Positions 37,194 to 47,206 of a stretch of DNA of 64,000 nucleotides are shown piece after piece. Where the stretch lies: assembly GCA_046292385.1 (NCBI GenBank), contig JBKBRF010000002.1:96001-160000 (forward strand), read 5' to 3'. A program made the translations under genes and the position numbers. The stretch comes from Armatimonadota bacterium (GTDB lineage Bacteria > Armatimonadota > SYMT01). Under the pieces are notes generated by a model. That model was not told the DNA's origin. It saw only the letters and a list, made by a program, of their open reading frames with translations, and searched no databases. Every line of letters starts with the position of its first letter. Positions within the stretch are counted from its first letter, which is position 1.

Positions 37194-38082
37194 CAGGTTC
37201 GGAAAACACTTTCTCCGGCGTCAGCAGCCGGTTCTCGCCGTGGCCCCGGGCACTGGCGATGGCGAGGAGCCGCCCTTCATTATCTACCACGCAGATCGGG
37301 CCGTCGGGCAGGCCGTCCGGCGCGGAGAGGAACTGGCCGTGCGCCAGCCGCACCGCCTGCTCCGGCTGCGCCGTCATCCGGGGCAGGTGCCGCAGCGCCT
37401 CCGCGGGAGGGATCAACGGCGTCTCGGGGGTCAGCTCGTCGAGCGGCACCGCCTCGGCGAGGGTGAAGTGGCCGACCGCCTCGCGCTCCAGCGCGCTCAT
37501 CGCGGCGCCCGGCCCCAGCAGGCGGCCGAGGTCGTGACAGAGGGTGCGGACGTAGGTGCCGGCGGAGCAGCGGACCCGCAGCTCCGCCGCCGCGCGAGGG
37601 CCGGAGACGAAGTCGAGCAGCTCGATCGAGTAGATCGTAACCGGGCGCGCCTCCCGCTCCACCGTCTGGCCCGCCCGGGCAAGCTCGTACAGCTTCTTCC
37701 CGCCGACCTTCAGCGCGGAGACCATCGGCGGCACCTGGAGGATCTCCCCCTCGAACTGCCGCAGCGCCTCGCGCAGCCGCTCCTCGGTGATCTCGGAGGC
37801 ATCGGCTTCCGCCAGCACGCTCCCGGTGGTGTCCTGGGAGTCGGTCTCCAGGCCGAAGCGCACCGACGCCCGGTAGGTCTTCGGCAGCCCCTGCGCGTAC
37901 TCCAGGATGCGGGTCCCCTGCCCCACCCCGATCACCAGCACGCCGGTCGCCATCGGATCGAGGGTACCGGCGTGACCCACCCGTCGGGTGGAAAGCACGC
38001 GGCGGACCCTCGCCACGCAGTCGTGGGAGGTCGGCCCCGCCGGCTTATGGAGGTTCAGGATCCCGCTGGGAGCGTCGCTCAC
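37171..38082 (-). CDS. truB: tRNA pseudouridine(55) synthase
   Basis: VGHAGTLDP, PPMVSALK, CSAGTYVRTL. Confidence 0.95.
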   Translation of the reverse strand: MSDAPSGILNLHKPAGPTSHDCVARVRRVLSTRRVGHAGTLDPMATGVLVIGVGQGTRILEYAQGLPKTYRASVRFGLETDSQDTTGSVLAEADASEITEERLREALRQFEGEILQVPPMVSALKVGGKKLYELARAGQTVEREARPVTIYSIELLDFVSGPRAAAELRVRCSAGTYVRTLCHDLGRLLGPGAAMSALEREAVGHFTLAEAVPLDELTPETPLIPPAEALRHLPRMTAQPEQAVRLAHGQFLSAPDGLPDGPICVVDNEGRLLAIASARGHGENRLLTPEKVFSEPDAARSGS

Positions 38083-38367
38083 CTCTGGCTCATCCTCGGC
38101 ATGCTTCGCGCTGGAAGCTCCAGGTCAATCGGTCGGGCGCCTTCCGGCGGCACCATGGCAGGGTAGGCCATGCGGTCGGCCGCCGTCAATTGCCGCGCTC
38201 ACACGAGCGTTTCGCGCGAATTGGGCCGCGTGGAGTGCACCTCCGCTCCCGCTAAGCTACGTATACCTTCAGGACACGGTCGATTCCGACCTGGCGGCAG
38301 GAAGCCGGGTGTCGGTCCCGGAATCGAGATGGGGCGATCTCGGCGCTCTCCTTCTTCAAGCACCTCT

Positions 38368-40053
38368 ATGAAACGAATCTTCTGGCTGCCGCTTGCCGCG
38401 GCGGCGCTGGCGCTCGGCGCCCTCAGCGACGCGCCTCGACTGGAGGCGGCGCAGGAGCGGCCGGCTCCCCGCGTGGCTCCGGCGGTCCGCCAAGCGCTCG
38501 AGGCGATCGACGCGCAGAGCATCCGCGCCCACGTGCGGTTCCTCTCGGACGACCTGCTCGAGGGCCGGGACACCTCGGAGACCGGCGGGTTCCTGGCGGC
38601 GCGCTACCTGGCGGCGGAGCTGGAGCAGCTCGGGCTGAAGCCGGCGGGCGACAACGGCAGCTATTATCAGCAGGTCCCGTTCGAAGACGGGCGCATGGAC
38701 TTCGCCGCTTCTCGCCTCACCCTGGTCCGCGGCGGAAACGAGATTCCGCTGCGCATGGGCGAGGAGTTCTTGCTGAACGGCGGCCGCAGCCAGTCGGCCG
38801 AGCTGCAGGCGCCGCTGCTCTTCGTCGGCTACGGGATCACCGCGCCGGAGTATCGGCACGACGACTACGCCGGGCTCGATCCGAAGGGCAAGGTGGTGGT
38901 GGTGCTGACGGGAGAGCCCGAGTCGGATCGCGACGACTACTTCGAAGGCAAGCGGGACACCCGCCACGCGCAGGGCGGCGCCAAGGTGCAGCTCGCCGCC
39001 TCTAAGGGCGCCGTCGGCGTGATCACGATCCTGGCGGGAGAGCGCGCCGCCTCGTTCCCGTGGGACCGGTTCCGCAGCTTCCAGGACCGCCCGTCGTTCC
39101 GCCTGGCGGACGAGCGCGCGCCTCTCCCGGCCCTGGTCGTGCGGGAGGAGGGAGCGAAGCAGCTCTTCTCCGGCGCGGGGCGCGACTGGGAGAAGGTGCG
39201 GGCGGAGATCCCGGCCGGGAAGGTCGCCCCGCAGGCGCTGCCGGGCACGATCCGGGTGGTGCTGAAGGAAGAGCGGGTCCCCCGCCCGGCGCCGAACGTG
39301 CTCGCCATGCTGGAAGGCACCGATCCGGAGCTGAAGAAGCAGGTGGTGGTCTACAGCGCGCACTACGACCACGTCGGCCAGCGCCCGCAGGGCGAGGGCG
39401 ACCGGGTCTTCAACGGCGCCTGGGACAACGCCAGCGGCACGGCGGGCGTGCTGGAGGTGGCGCGCGGCTTCGCTCACCTGAAGCCGGGGCCGCGCCGCTC
39501 GATCCTCTTCCTGTTCGTGACGGGTGAGGAGAAGGGGCTGCTCGGCTCGCAGTACTACGTCCGGAACCCCGCCGTCCCGATGGAGCAGACCGCCGCGAAC
39601 ATCAACCTCGACATGACCGACATCTTCGGCGTGCCGAAGGAGCTGGTCGCCCAGGGCGCCGAGTTCAGCAGCATCGGCACGGACGCGGAAGTCGTCGCCG
39701 GAGAGCTGGGGGTGCGCGTCGGTAAGGACCCCACCCCGGAGCTGGGGGTCTTCACCCGGTCCGACCAGTTCAGCTTCGTGCAGGCGGGCGTGCCGAGCGT
39801 CTTCATGCGCTGGGCGAACGAGCACGAGGGAATGACCCCGGAGCAGAGCCGGCAGATGTGGCAGCAGAAGATGCAGACGATCTACCACAAGCCGGCCGAC
39901 GAGTTCGACCCGTCCTGGAGCTGGGAGGGGATGCGACACCACGCGCAGCAGTCGTTCCTCCTCGGCCTGCGCCTCGCCAACGAGGCGCAGATGCCGCGCT
40001 GGAACGAGGACTCCCGCTTCAATCGCCCGCGAGGCCTGCCCGGCGGTGATTGA
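38368..40053 (+). CDS. M28-family aminopeptidase with PA domain, exported
   Basis: SAHYDH, GAWDNASG, GEEKGLLGS, RSDQ, YHKPAD; signal peptide. Confidence 0.9.
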   Translation: MKRIFWLPLAAAALALGALSDAPRLEAAQERPAPRVAPAVRQALEAIDAQSIRAHVRFLSDDLLEGRDTSETGGFLAARYLAAELEQLGLKPAGDNGSYYQQVPFEDGRMDFAASRLTLVRGGNEIPLRMGEEFLLNGGRSQSAELQAPLLFVGYGITAPEYRHDDYAGLDPKGKVVVVLTGEPESDRDDYFEGKRDTRHAQGGAKVQLAASKGAVGVITILAGERAASFPWDRFRSFQDRPSFRLADERAPLPALVVREEGAKQLFSGAGRDWEKVRAEIPAGKVAPQALPGTIRVVLKEERVPRPAPNVLAMLEGTDPELKKQVVVYSAHYDHVGQRPQGEGDRVFNGAWDNASGTAGVLEVARGFAHLKPGPRRSILFLFVTGEEKGLLGSQYYVRNPAVPMEQTAANINLDMTDIFGVPKELVAQGAEFSSIGTDAEVVAGELGVRVGKDPTPELGVFTRSDQFSFVQAGVPSVFMRWANEHEGMTPEQSRQMWQQKMQTIYHKPADEFDPSWSWEGMRHHAQQSFLLGLRLANEAQMPRWNEDSRFNRPRGLPGGD

Positions 40054-41635
40054 CGCCCCGTCCGACGGCGCCGCCGGAGTCGATCCGGCGGCGCCCCCGT
40101 CTCCCAAGCGGGCCGCCGGGCAGCTCTGGCCCGCCTTCGCGGTCCCGGTGCTCCTGCTCCTGCCGACCCTCCTCTTCGCCTGGGGCCGCGACCCGGCCAC
40201 CTTCGCCTACGTGGGGCAGGTGATCGTCGACGGCGGCATGCCGTACCGCGACGCCTGGGACATCAAGCCGCCCGGCATCTACCTGCTCTACGCCGCGCTG
40301 CGCCTCCTCTCGCCGGACGGCGGGTGGGGCTACATGGCGACGGTGCGGAGCTTCGACGTCCTGCTCGCCGGCGTCACCGGCCTGCTCCTCGCTCAACTGG
40401 TGCGCCACTGGGGACGGCCGGAGTGGGGAACCGCCGCGGCGGCCTGGTACGCGGCGCTCTACCTGAGCGGCACCTACTGGAGCCTGGGACAGGCGGAGGC
40501 GTGGGCGAACCCGCTGGTGCTCGGGGCGGCGCTCCTGCTGCTGCAGGCGGGCGCCTCCGACCGGATCGATACCGCGCGCCTCTGCGGCGCGGGTCTGCTG
40601 CTCGGCGCTGCGGCACTGCTCAAGTTCACCGCCGTCCTGCCCGCGCTGCCGTTCCTGATCCCCGCCCTTTACCGCAAGCGCCTGTTCCGCGCCGCGGCCC
40701 TCGTTCTGGGCGGGCTGCTGCCGCTCCTCGCCGCGTTCCTCTGGCTGCGCGCGGGGAACGCCTGGGACGCGTACCTGGAGATCCAGCGCGACTTCGTGGT
40801 CCCGTATACCCGGCTCACCGCTCCCGGCGCGGCGGAGGGGCTGCTCGGGATCGCGGCCCAAACCGGCCGCTGGCTGCTGAAGGTCTGGCCCGCCGCGCTG
40901 CTGGGACTGGCGGGCGCCTGGCTCTGGCGGAGCGCCGGCCGGGGGCTGGTCGTCGGTGCCTTCACCGCCGGATTGCTCACCGTCTGGGTGCAGCACAAGT
41001 ACTTCGCCTACCACTGGCAGCCCGCGCTCCCCTGGCTGGCGCTGCTCGCCGCCGCGGGAGGTGCGTCCGTGCTGCGGCAGAGGCCGCGGTGGTCCGCCCT
41101 CGCCCCTACCCTCGCCGCCGCGGCCTGGCTCCTGGCGATGTACGGCGGCACCTACCTGGACGCCGCCCGCTACGCCGCCGGGCTGCTCCCGCGCGACCAA
41201 TGGTACGCCCGCTTCGGCCGTCCGCACGGCGGCGACTACTCATTCCTGGCCGGCGTCTGGGCCGCGGAGTACGTGCGGGAACACACCAAACCGGGAGAGA
41301 CGGTCCTGGTGTGGGGCTTTGAACCGAACGTCTACCTCTTCTCGGACCGCCGTGCCTCCAGCCGCTACTTCTTTAATGTGCCGCTTACCGCGCCGTTCGC
41401 GCCCCCCGGCTGGCAAACCGAGTACTTCGACGGCATCGTTGCCAAAGAGCCGCAACTGCTCCTGGTGCTTCGGAACGACGAGATTCCATGGGCGAGCGGC
41501 ACTCGAGCTGATTCCGAGGAGATGCTGAACTTTCCACAATACCGAATGCCCCCCATCCGCGACTTGTTTGAGGATCGCTACGTGCAGGTGGAAGACTTCA
41601 CCATCCATCCCCGTTGGGTGCCGCCACCGTTCTGA
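40046..41635 (+). CDS. GT39/ArnT-like membrane glycosyltransferase
   Basis: MPYRDAWDIKPPGIY motif and many TM segments. Confidence 0.75.
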   Translation: MIDAPSDGAAGVDPAAPPSPKRAAGQLWPAFAVPVLLLLPTLLFAWGRDPATFAYVGQVIVDGGMPYRDAWDIKPPGIYLLYAALRLLSPDGGWGYMATVRSFDVLLAGVTGLLLAQLVRHWGRPEWGTAAAAWYAALYLSGTYWSLGQAEAWANPLVLGAALLLLQAGASDRIDTARLCGAGLLLGAAALLKFTAVLPALPFLIPALYRKRLFRAAALVLGGLLPLLAAFLWLRAGNAWDAYLEIQRDFVVPYTRLTAPGAAEGLLGIAAQTGRWLLKVWPAALLGLAGAWLWRSAGRGLVVGAFTAGLLTVWVQHKYFAYHWQPALPWLALLAAAGGASVLRQRPRWSALAPTLAAAAWLLAMYGGTYLDAARYAAGLLPRDQWYARFGRPHGGDYSFLAGVWAAEYVREHTKPGETVLVWGFEPNVYLFSDRRASSRYFFNVPLTAPFAPPGWQTEYFDGIVAKEPQLLLVLRNDEIPWASGTRADSEEMLNFPQYRMPPIRDLFEDRYVQVEDFTIHPRWVPPPF

Positions 41636-41640
41636 CTCAC

Positions 41641-42453
41641 ATGCCTGAGCTTCCTGAAGTTGAGATCCACGCCCGGAACCTGCGCGCGTGGCTGGTGGGG
41701 CGCCGCATCGAGCGGGTGGAGGTGCTCGATCCGAAGCTGCTGGACGACCCCGGCCCGCTCCCGCTGGAGACGGCGGCCGGGCAACGCGTGGAGGCGGTCC
41801 GGCGTGACGCGAAGTACCTCTTCCTGGACCTCGAGGGCGGCGTCACGCTGGTGGCGCACCTGCGGATGACGGGTCGGTTCGTCCGCGACGCCTACGTCGC
41901 CGGACCCTACCCGAAGTTCAGCCGCCTGGCGCTCTACCTCGACAGCGGGGAGGTGGTCCGCTTCGAGGACCGGCGCCGCTTCGGCCGGGCCTGGCTGGTG
42001 CCGGCCGGTGAGGAGCGGTCGCTGCCGGAGCTGCGAGAGCTCGGGCCGGACGCGCTCCTGCAGCCGATCTCCGTGGAGCGGCTCACGGAAGCCGCCGGGA
42101 AGACCCGCCGCCCGATCAAGGTGCTGCTGATGGACCAGACGCTCCTCGGCGGGCTGGGGAACATCTGCGTCATCGAAGTGCTCTACCGCGCGCGCATCGC
42201 GCCGGAGCGCCCCGCGAACAGCCTGACGCCGGAGGAGCTCCGCCGCCTCGCGGAGGGCATACCGCTCTTTCTGGAGTGGGCGATCGAGGCGCAGAGCCGC
42301 CGGGAGCTGATCTATCTGGGCGAGAAGGGCGCGGAGAACGTCTTCACCATCTACCGCCGCGAAGGCACCCCCTGCCCCACCTGCGGCGGCGCTATCGTCT
42401 ACACCACCCTCGGCGGACGAGGGACCTACGCCTGCCCCTCGTGTCAGAGTTGA
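41641..42453 (+). CDS. mutM: Fpg/MutM DNA glycosylase/AP lyase
   Basis: MPELPEVE, HLRMTG, LGPDAL, GLGN, C-terminal CPTC...CPSC zinc finger. Confidence 0.9.
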   Translation: MPELPEVEIHARNLRAWLVGRRIERVEVLDPKLLDDPGPLPLETAAGQRVEAVRRDAKYLFLDLEGGVTLVAHLRMTGRFVRDAYVAGPYPKFSRLALYLDSGEVVRFEDRRRFGRAWLVPAGEERSLPELRELGPDALLQPISVERLTEAAGKTRRPIKVLLMDQTLLGGLGNICVIEVLYRARIAPERPANSLTPEELRRLAEGIPLFLEWAIEAQSRRELIYLGEKGAENVFTIYRREGTPCPTCGGAIVYTTLGGRGTYACPSCQS

Positions 42454-42456
42454 TTT

Positions 42457-42546
42457 GTTAGCAGGTTGCAGGTTAGCAGGTTGCAGGTTCCGAACCCCGC
42501 CTCGCGTGTTTCCAACCTGTAACCTGCAAACCTGACAACCTGCAAC
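42457..42546. repeat. Palindromic GCAGGTT/AACCTGC heptamer array between convergent genes
   Basis: Four gcaggtt units, a spacer, then four aacctg units. Confidence 0.8.
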
Positions 42547-43568
42547 TACCCCAGTTGATTGTGCTCGCGGGCGGCTTGCTGCGTGAGGCCGGTGAGCCAG
42601 GAGCGGGTGAGCGGCGTCTCGCTCTCGGCACCGCGGACCTTCTGCTCGCCGATGCCGCCGGGGCCGGGGAGCATCCGGTTCACTAGGCCGAGGAGGTCCG
42701 CCGTGACGCCGGGGAAGAGGCCGTGGAACCGCACGGCGATCTCCGCCGGCAGGGAGAGGATCAGCTCCGCGTCGCCGCGTCGGCAGGCCGCCACGATCTG
42801 CCGCGCCGCCTTCTCCGCGCTGATGGAGCTGCCCGGGAGGGAGTCGGCGAGCTTGAACCAGGCGTACTCCGCCTCGTGCTGCCCCTTGAACCAGGCCTGG
42901 CGCGGGCTCCCGGTGCGCATCAGGCCGGGGCAGACGGTGGTGACGCGGATGCCGTCCTTCAGCAGCTCCGCCCGCAGTCCCTCCGAGAAGCCGACCAGCG
43001 CGAACTTGCTGGCGCAGTAGGGCAGCAGGTGCGGGACGGAGATCTTGCCGCCGATGGAGGAGATGTTGACGATCCGCCCTTCCCGCCGCTCGCGCATCCC
43101 CGGCAGCACCGCGGTCACGGTGTTCAGCGGCCCCCAGAAGTGGACCCGCATCGCCTGCTCGTAGTCGGCGCGGGTCATCACCTCCATCGGTCCGACCTCG
43201 ATGATCCCGGCGTTGTTGATCAGCACGTCGACCCGCCCGAACCGGACCTCCGCCGCTTCCACCATCCGGGCCACCTGGTCCGGCTCGGTGACGTCGCACG
43301 GCACCGCCAGCACCTCCGCGCCCCGGGACGCCAGCTCTTCCCGCGCGCGCTCCAGCTCTTCGGGACCGCGGGCACAGATCACCAGGCGGGCGCCCTGGCG
43401 GGCCAGCTCTCGCGCCAGTACCAGGCCGAGTCCCCGCGAGCCGCCGGTAACCAGCGCCACCTTCCCAGCCAGCGGGTAGCGGCGCGCCTGCCGCACCATC
43501 CAGCCCGCTCCGAGCGCCGCCGCGATCCCGGCGCCCGCCAGCAGCGTGTTCCGCGTTCGGTGTTCCAT
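42546..43568 (-). CDS. SDR-family oxidoreductase
   Basis: TGGSRGLG, NNAG, YCASK. Confidence 0.92.
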   Translation of the reverse strand: MEHRTRNTLLAGAGIAAALGAGWMVRQARRYPLAGKVALVTGGSRGLGLVLARELARQGARLVICARGPEELERAREELASRGAEVLAVPCDVTEPDQVARMVEAAEVRFGRVDVLINNAGIIEVGPMEVMTRADYEQAMRVHFWGPLNTVTAVLPGMRERREGRIVNISSIGGKISVPHLLPYCASKFALVGFSEGLRAELLKDGIRVTTVCPGLMRTGSPRQAWFKGQHEAEYAWFKLADSLPGSSISAEKAARQIVAACRRGDAELILSLPAEIAVRFHGLFPGVTADLLGLVNRMLPGPGGIGEQKVRGAESETPLTRSWLTGLTQQAAREHNQLG

Positions 43569-43786
43569 GGGTGCTCCTCCGGAATCGACCGGCACCGCGC
43601 CGGCTGTTCCTGGACTCCCCCGAAAGCGCGGGGCTCGAAACCGGGCGAGCTTACGGGAGCTGCGCCGCGTGTGAGCCACGCCCTGGCAGCGGGTAAAACG
43701 GAGTAAGATGGGAGTGCTACCGGGTGCCAGCCCCCGCTCCGAACAAGCGGGAAGCGCGGCGCCCGGCGATAGGAAGGGAAAGAGCC

Positions 43787-44218
43787 GTGGACAAACAGTC
43801 GCTCATCGACGCGCTGAACGAAGACCTCGCCAACGAGTACGCCGCCATCATCCAGTACACCCAGTACGCGGCCAAGATCCGCGGCCCCTGGCGGACGGAG
43901 CTCCGCAACTTCTTCATGGCGGAGATCCCGGACGAGCAGACCCACGCCCAGTACCTGGCGGACAAAATCGCCGCCATGGGCGGAAACCCGACCACGCAGG
44001 CGGCGCCCGTCACCGCGGCCGACGCGGCGGAAGACATGCTCCGCGCCGTGCGGGACGCGGAGGAGCGCGCCGTGCGGAACTACACCCAGCGCGCGCAGCA
44101 GGCGGATGCGCTGGGCGAGATCGCCCTGAAGGTGCAGATCGAGAACTTCATCGCGGACGAGCAGACCCACATGCAGGAAGTGGACCAGATCCTGGCGGAG
44201 TGGCCGGCGCAGTCGTAG
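43787..44218 (+). CDS. Bacterioferritin-like / ferritin-like protein
   Basis: LNEDLANEYAAIIQY and two DEQTH diiron motifs. Confidence 0.85.
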   Translation: MDKQSLIDALNEDLANEYAAIIQYTQYAAKIRGPWRTELRNFFMAEIPDEQTHAQYLADKIAAMGGNPTTQAAPVTAADAAEDMLRAVRDAEERAVRNYTQRAQQADALGEIALKVQIENFIADEQTHMQEVDQILAEWPAQS

Positions 44219-44231
44219 CGGCGCACGGCTC

Positions 44232-44289
44232 CAGGTTCGCAAGTTCCAGGTTGCAGGTTGGGAACCCCGCTTTCCGGATCCCAACCTGC
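44232..44289. repeat. GCAGGTT-family palindrome
   Basis: caggtt units; gcaggttggga ... tcccaacctgc. Confidence 0.65.
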
Positions 44290-44362
44290 TTCTGGCTCCT
44301 CGCCTGCGGGCTTCAGCTCGGTGCCCGGTGGAGGTTTTCTCGCGCTATTCCCCTTCGGGGAA

Positions 44363-44469
44363 GCGAAAGCAAGCATTCGCACTCCACAGACTGCACCGAG
44401 GCAGTCTCCCTCTCGGCAAGAGGGAATCTCTCCCGAGCCGGCCTGTGGAGTGCGAATGCTTGCTTTCGC
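44363..44469. repeat. REP doublet-like element with a perfect 27-bp inverted repeat
   Basis: gcgaaagcaagcattcgcactccacag / ctgtggagtgcgaatgcttgctttcgc. Confidence 0.8.
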
Positions 44470-44763
44470 GCCCCGCGCCAGCGGGGCCGCGACCTTATCT
44501 CGGATTCCGCAGGCCGACGGCCATCCGCAGGCACAGGTGCCACCAGCCCGGAAAAAATCCTTGCGGCCAATTGCTTGCTTAGCAGGAAATGTAGCGGGTT
44601 TCCGGTGAACTCACCTGCAATCTGGGCGTCGATTACGACCCGGAGCAGAATCAGCAGTGTCGCGGCGCTTGATTGCCGTCAGGCAGGTCGTATCCCAGGC
44701 CCTCCGGGGCTCTTGCTTCGTACCTGCGCCGTACACTGCGGTATGGCAGGAGGAGGACTGGTC

Positions 44764-44979
44764 ATGCCGGAAGGCAAAGTAAAGTGGTTTAACAATGCCA
44801 AGGGATACGGCTTCATCGACGGAGGCGAGGGGGGCGACATCTTCGTCCACTACTCCGTGATCCAGAAGGATGGATACCGCACCCTGCGTGAAGGGGAGCC
44901 GGTCCTCTACGAGGTGACGGACGGTCCGAAGGGGCTGCAGGCGACGCACGTCTCGCCCACCGAAGCGGTCACCGCCTGA
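44764..44979 (+). CDS. Cold-shock protein (CspA family)
   Basis: GKVKWFNNAKGYGFI, DIFVHYS, GPKGLQA; GGAGG RBS. Confidence 0.95.
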   Translation: MPEGKVKWFNNAKGYGFIDGGEGGDIFVHYSVIQKDGYRTLREGEPVLYEVTDGPKGLQATHVSPTEAVTA

Positions 44980-45011
44980 GCCCGTCCGGCCACGGCAGCA
45001 CACTTCCCGCA

Positions 45012-45040
45012 GCGGCGGTCCTTTCGGGGACCGCCGTTTG
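45012..45040 (+). terminator. Intrinsic terminator after the csp gene
   Basis: gcggcggtcc-tttcgg-ggaccgccgt hairpin followed by a short T run. Confidence 0.7.
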
Positions 45041-45211
45041 CGTTGCTCGCCTTGTCGCCCGGTTGAGAGTTGGTGCCGGAACAGGTGCCGGCGCGGCGCG
45101 CGCGTAATATGCGCTCTGGATCGGTCGCGCTTCGGAACAGTGGGATCGCCGGGAGAGCTGCTCCGGAAGGCGGGCCTCTCTGCGGAGCGATCCGCGGGCC
45201 CGGAGCGCTGC

Positions 45212-45252
45212 CGAGTAAGAGTAGGATGACGAGTAGGAGTGGGAGTCCCGTC
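45212..45252. repeat. GAGTAG-hexamer repeat unit
   Basis: Near-identical ~40-bp copy at 49403-49444. Confidence 0.7.
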
Positions 45253-45285
45253 TACGAAGGGCTCCTGAAACGAAGGTGACTAGCT

Positions 45286-47100
45286 TTGAGTGCACAGGAT
45301 AACAGCGGCGCGCAGGGCGGAGGCTGGCGGCTGCGCGGCTCGCTTCCGAAGATCGGGATCCGTCCCGCCATCGACGGCCGCTACGGCGGAATCCGCGAAT
45401 CGCTGGAGGGCCAGACGTTCGGCATGGCGCAGGCCGTGGCCGACTTCCTGCGGGAGAACGTGCGCCACGCCAGCGGTGAGCCGGTGGAGGTGGTGATTGC
45501 CGATACCTGCATCGGCGGCGCCTCCGAGGCGGCGAAGTGCGCGGAGAAGTTCCGCCGGGAAGGCGTGGGCGTCTCGCTGACCGTCACCCCCTGCTGGTGC
45601 TACGGCGCGGAGACGATGGACATGGACCCGCTCATGCCGAAGGCGGTCTGGGGCTTCAACGGCACGGAGCGGCCGGGCGCCGTCTACCTGGCGGCGGTCC
45701 TCTCCGCCCACACCCAGAAGGGCGTCCCGGCCTTCGGGATCTACGGGCGGGACGTGCAGGAAGTGACCGATGCGACGATCCCGGACGACGTGCGGGAGAA
45801 GCTGCTCCGCTTCGCCCGCGCCGGCCTCGCCACCGCCACGATGCGCGGCACCTCCTACCTGGCGATGGGCGGCGTCTCCATGGGGATCGCCGGCTCGATC
45901 GTCGACCACCCATTCTTCCAGAACTATCTGGGCATGCGGGTCGAGACGATCGACATGACGGAGTTCATCCGTCGCATGGAGCTGGAGATCTACGACCGGG
46001 ACGAGTACCGGCGGGCGCTGGCGTGGGTGCGGGAGAACTGCCCGGAAGGGGCCGACCGCAACCCGCCGGAGAAGCAGCGGACCCGGGAGCAGAAGGACGG
46101 CGACTGGGAGACCTCCGTCAAGATGGCGCTGATCGCGCGCGACCTGATGGTCGGCAACCCGAAGCTGGCGGAGCTCGGCTTCCCGGAGGAGGCGGAGGGG
46201 CACAACGCCCTCGCCGGCGGCTTCCAGGGTCAGCGCCAGTGGACCGACCACTTCCCGAACGGCGACTTCCTGGAGGCGATCCTCACCAGCTCCTTCGACT
46301 GGAGCGGCATCCGCCAGCCCTACGTGGTGGCGACCGAGAACGACGCCCTGAACGGCGCCTCGATGCTCTTCGGACACCTTCTCACCGGCGGCGCCCAGCT
46401 CTTCGCGGACGTGCGCACCTACTGGAGCCCCGAAGCGGTGCAGCGGGTGACCGGGCACCGGCTGGAAGGCCGCGCGGAAGGCGGCATCCTCCACCTGATC
46501 AACTCCGGCCCCGCCGCGCTCGACTGGACCGGCGAGCTCTCCCAGGACGGAGAGCCGGCGGTGAAGCCGTGGTGGGAGATCGCCCCCGAGGAAGCGGAGC
46601 GGTGCCTGCAGGCGACGAAATGGTGCGCCTCCAGCCTCGGCTACTTCCGCGGCGGCGGGTGGTCGACCGACTTCCTCACCCGCGGCGGCATGCCGGCCAC
46701 GATCTACCGCCTCAACCTGGTGGCGGGGCTCGGCCCGGTGCTGCAGATCGCGGAAGGCTGGACGGTCGACCTGCCGTCGGAGGTCCACGACACCCTCGAC
46801 GCCCGCACCGACCCGACGTGGCCGACCACCTGGTTCGCGCCGCGGACGACCGGCAGCGGCCCGTTCCGGGACGTCTACTCCGTGATGAACGCCTGGGGCG
46901 CCAACCACTGCGCGGCCGCCTACGGCCACGTCGGCGCGGACCTGATCACGCTGGCGTCGCTCCTGCGCATCCCGGTCGACATGCACAACGTGCCGGAAGA
47001 GAAGGTCTTCCGCCCCAGCTCCTGGGACCGCTTCGGCGCCCAGGATCCGCAGGGCGCGGATTACCGGGCGTGCGCCGCCTACGGCCCGCTCTATCGGTAG
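45286..47100 (+). CDS. fucI: L-fucose isomerase
   Basis: [48 protein letters not shown]. Confidence 0.95.
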   Translation: MSAQDNSGAQGGGWRLRGSLPKIGIRPAIDGRYGGIRESLEGQTFGMAQAVADFLRENVRHASGEPVEVVIADTCIGGASEAAKCAEKFRREGVGVSLTVTPCWCYGAETMDMDPLMPKAVWGFNGTERPGAVYLAAVLSAHTQKGVPAFGIYGRDVQEVTDATIPDDVREKLLRFARAGLATATMRGTSYLAMGGVSMGIAGSIVDHPFFQNYLGMRVETIDMTEFIRRMELEIYDRDEYRRALAWVRENCPEGADRNPPEKQRTREQKDGDWETSVKMALIARDLMVGNPKLAELGFPEEAEGHNALAGGFQGQRQWTDHFPNGDFLEAILTSSFDWSGIRQPYVVATENDALNGASMLFGHLLTGGAQLFADVRTYWSPEAVQRVTGHRLEGRAEGGILHLINSGPAALDWTGELSQDGEPAVKPWWEIAPEEAERCLQATKWCASSLGYFRGGGWSTDFLTRGGMPATIYRLNLVAGLGPVLQIAEGWTVDLPSEVHDTLDARTDPTWPTTWFAPRTTGSGPFRDVYSVMNAWGANHCAAAYGHVGADLITLASLLRIPVDMHNVPEEKVFRPSSWDRFGAQDPQGADYRACAAYGPLYR

Positions 47101-47113
47101 CAACTGTCTGTCA

Positions 47114-47194
47114 GCAGGTTGGCAGGTTGCAAGTTGCAGGTTAACTCCCCGGAACACGGGGTTCCAAACCTGAAACCTGGAACCTGCTAACCTG
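47114..47194. repeat. Palindromic GCAGGTT/AACCTG heptamer array
   Basis: Four gca(g/a)gtt units and four aacctg units around a central hairpin. Confidence 0.8.
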
Positions 47195-47206
47195 AAACAG
47201 CTTCCC

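Noticed and set aside
42150..42185. MutM H2TH motif variant GNICVIE (usually GNIYADE)
   Set aside because: Catalytic Pro-Glu, the Asn and the zinc finger are intact; this level of variation is plausible among Fpg/Nei paralogs.
43708..44763. 423-aa ORF ending in a cold-shock domain (apparent fusion)
   Set aside because: The upstream part overlaps the ferritin gene out of frame and crosses repeats; the csp gene has its own RBS and ATG at 44764.
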